NCBI GenBank assembly: GCA_026914245.1
Contig: CP110440.1
Coordinates: 4,402,001 to 4,466,000 of the forward strand
Reading direction: 5' to 3'
Length of the DNA stretch: 64,000 nucleotides
Origin: Puccinia triticina
Lineage: Eukaryota
Shown: one piece after another, positions 60,664 through 64,000 of the stretch
Numbering within the stretch: position 1 is the first letter of the stretch
How the letters are laid out: the number at the start of each line of letters is the position of its first letter
Notes under the pieces: model-generated
The model's database searches: none
What the model was told of the DNA's origin: nothing
The model's input: only the letters and a program-made list of their open reading frames with translations
Translations under genes and position numbers: made by a program

Positions 60664-62068
60664 GCACAGTTGGTTCGGTTCTTGGCAGTTTTAATCTAGA
60701 TGCTCGAACTCTTGCCGTCAAATCAACTTATCTTTCAGAGTATCATTGGCCCAATTTTCTTTCCAACTCTTCGTCCAATCACCAAATCAGAAAACCCAAA
60801 AAACATTTACAGATAATCAAAAACATCAAAAAGAAGATCAGCTCTCAGTTTTATTTCAGTTTCAAGTCTCAGTTGTACACTAGGACTCAGGAGAGGTGCA
60901 AGGGAGGAGGAAAAGGATATGCCGCGGGGCACAGGAGGGATAAAAGTAAGTCCCATCCGTTGTGCACCTCCGGGCATCTCTACAAGCGTCGAAAACATTA
61001 CATGCCACGCTGTGAGCCGCCCCTGTTTGCCCCAATTGTTTTCCAGTACTGTCAACCCTCCAAGCTTGGATCTTTGTCTCCGAGAAGAGAATAAACTATC
61101 CTCGTTTCATCGCAAGGAGGCCTCAGCCCCATCACGGGAACCCTCCGCTAATTCTCAATTCCCAGCTCAGGAGAAGGCTCAAGATTCAACCCGCGATCGT
61201 CTCCGCAAAGAGAATAAACTACTCCTCCTCCGCAAAGAGGGAAAACTATTTACGTCTTATGACGGCCTCTGAGACAAGGGTAAACTAATTTCCTTGGGAA
61301 CAGAGGCTCGAGCCGGTAAACAGGATTCTGATATACCGCGGAAGATTGGGAGTAACAAAGTAAGTTCCTCCCAATATGCACCTCCGAGGCGTGATGCTTC
61401 CCAATCGTCAAAAACCCTACCTTGTGCCACTCTGGTGAGCCACACCCCGGATGCTGGCGTTTTTCTTTTAGGATCTGGTACGACGGAAGGCGCAGCATGC
61501 GGCGCGGAGCTTCGCAATGAGCTTAAACTATTCTCTTTTCAATTGGAATGTGAAGGTGGAGTGGTGATGTTTAGGTTACCACGGAGGGCATATGGCGTGA
61601 AAGTAAGTTCCCACCAATATGCACCTCCAAGGCGTGATGCTCCCCAACCGTCAAAAACCCTACCTCGTGCCACGTACGTGAGCAAAAATTTTCCGGCCGG
61701 ACTCTCCTTTTCAGATAAGGCGGCATTTGGGGATTGGGCGGAGCATCGGACGAGTCTCCTTATGGGTTCAGGGCTTTGGTGCGGCGCGCAGGTAGATTTG
61801 GCGCAATCATGGAGGGAGGGCGGCTACTTGGCGTTGGCGGCTAAGTACAAACCGGTCGCCAGGAAGATTAACCCAGTGAATCAGCCCATGCCTCAGGAGT
61901 TGAACCCACCGCTATGCCATCCGCCTCTCTCACGCGACCCATACCAAGGTCTACCTTGTTCTTTAGCTGGACCCTTTGCACCCAAGGGACGAGTAACCAA
62001 AGAGCGGCTCTCCGTGGTTAACTTCGGCCCGGAGGGTTGGCTGTACCCGGACAAATTATCGTTGATCA
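60654..62068 (+). pseudogene. pol: Disrupted pol N-terminal spacer of E3
   Basis: Homologous to the E1 Pol spacer and pre-RT region but split over three ORFs and truncated by an insertion. Confidence 0.8.
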
Positions 62069-64000
62069 CACTACCAAGATGGATAAATTTGCGATGTCGT
62101 ATATTGATCAATATAGCGTATATTGATCAATTTATATTGATCAATTTTTTTTTATTATTCCTCTTGATACCTTTGTCTGTTTTCCATGTCTCCTTGATAC
62201 TATTCTATAATCTCTCTCCTTCTGCCTGTGTTAGCTTCAAGCCACAGGATTTTTTTTTTTTTCTTTTGCCTGATAACATTCATAAATTTCTACATACACC
62301 ACTCAATTCTTCCTGAAAAAAAGACGTTGCAAGTTTTGGGATTAATCCAGAGTAGCTGAGGGGTCTCAAATTTTTTTTCTTTTTTTTTTTACTTCAACAA
62401 TTGATGTTATCAGAAGTCTCCAAATCGACTTTTTTTCAAAAGAGGAAAAACATTGACCCCTGACCTCTCTCATGATACCATCCTGCACACATTTTTAAGT
62501 TGGTTGGTTGAACTTGCTCAAGATATTGCATATCATACTTGAAGTGCTACATGCATAGAAGGCCTTTTTGAAATTAGTTTACCATGGTTTAGCATATTTT
62601 TGTCAGGTTCTTTTTTTTATCTACTTTTGTTATCAACCACAGATTAATGAGGAATATTTCCACATAAGATTTCATTGGACAATTTTTCTGCATATAAAAC
62701 CCAGAAATATTTTAAAATATAATTTATTTGGGGTCGCATCCATTATGCAGCAGCAACAATGTGATCAGTTCCCAAATATCACTAATTTGGTAGTTTCTGG
62801 CCTTTTCTGCCACTATATCTCAACACAGTGTGGGAGTTCTTCCATGATATTGGTATCAAAATGATCAATAGCCCCCAAGGATTCATTTTGTACCTTAAAT
62901 TACCACATAACCCAAATGTAGCAGCTACAATCTGATCAGTGGCCAAATGTCACTAATTTGGTAGTTTGTTGGTGTTGCTGAGACTATATCTCAACACAGC
63001 CTGGGAATTCTTCCACGATATTGCAATCCAAATGATTAATAGCCCCCAAGGATTCATTGTGTACCTTAAATGACCACAAAAACCCCAAATGTAGCAGCTA
63101 CAATGTGATCAGTTGCCAAATATCACTAATTTGGTAGTTTCTTGGTGTTTCTGCCACTATATCTCAGCGCAGCATGGGAGTTATTCCAAGATATTGGTAC
63201 CAAGATGATCAAATGCCCTCAAAGACTGATTGAGTACCTTGAATGACCACAAAACCCCCAAGTGTAGCAGCCAAGATGTGGTCAGTTGCCAAATATCACT
63301 AATTTGGTAGTTTCTTGGTGTTTCTGCCACTATATCTCAGCACAGCATGGGAATTCTTCCACGATATTGGTAACAAAATGATCACATGCCCCTGAAGATT
63401 CATTTTCTACCTTGAATGACCACAATACCCCCAAATGTAGCAGCCACACTGTGATCAGTTGCAAAATATCACTAATTTGGTAGTTCCTTGGTGTTTCTGC
63501 CACTATATCTCAGCACAGCATGGGAGTTCTTCCATTATATTGATACCAAAATGATCAAACGCCCTCAAACATTCATCGAGGCCCTTGGGTGACCACAAAA
63601 CCCCCGAATGTAGCAGCCACAATGTGATCAGTTGCCAAATATCACTAATTTGGTGTTTCTGCCACTATATCTCAGCGCAGCATGGGAGTTCTTCCATGAT
63701 ATTGGTACCATAATGATCACATGCCTCCAAATATTCATTGAGTACCTTGAATGACCACAAAAACCCAAATGTAGCAGCCAAGATGTGATCAGTTGCCAAA
63801 TATCACTAATTTGGTAGTTTCTTGGTGTTTCTGCCACTATATCTCAGCGCAGCATGGGAGTTATTCCATTATATTGGTACAAAAATGATCAAACACCCTC
63901 ATAGATTCATTGAGTACCTTGGATGACCACAAAACCCCGAAATGTAGCAGCCACAATGTGAACAGTTGCCAAATATCACTAATTTGGTAGTTTCTTGGTG
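62069..64000. mobile_element. CACTA-ended element copy 2 with the 173-bp array (about 62750 to the window end, ~7 units)
   Basis: CACTACCAAGATGG at 62069; collinear with 14717 onward but lacking the 15376-16630 MITE. Confidence 0.8.

Larger units (their letters stand above)
56533..62068 (+). mobile_element. Gypsy element E3 (same clade as E1): 5' LTR 56533-58160, interrupted in early pol by the CACTA element
   Basis: TGTGG...CCACA LTR, PBS at 58163-58210, gag-PR, TTTTTTA at 60654-60660, and the pol start (AAKYKPVARKI, VVNFGPEGWLYPD) broken at 62069. Confidence 0.92.

Overview
This is eukaryotic, intron-containing and almost entirely transposon-derived DNA. It most likely comes from a rust fungus (Pucciniales); this is inferred from the TE families, the short introns and the TpCpG-biased mutations. 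The window holds three related Ty3/Gypsy LTR retrotransposons: E1 at 1-7593 (-) with intact gag-PR and pol, E2 at 10111-14612 (-) which is a gag-only deletion derivative, and E3 at 56533-62068 (+) which is interrupted. Other elements are a KDZ transposase remnant, two copies of a CACTA-ended element carrying a 173-bp satellite, a MULE with an OTU-like domain, a large Helitron with accessory genes, hAT and LINE remnants, several MITEs and a solo LTR, all heavily nested. Host genes are a multi-exon DUF1769 gene and two tandem paralogous candidate secreted proteins. The most striking unexplained signal is a roughly 100-nt, apparently pseudoknotted RNA motif with compensatory base changes. It occurs 10 times across the three Gypsy elements: before gag, in the gag-pol spacer and before the PPT. 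The same elements also carry a short hairpin-AAACTA repeat and an unusually long (about 50 nt) primer-binding site copied from mature tRNA-Tyr. All calls were made by eye and no searches were run.
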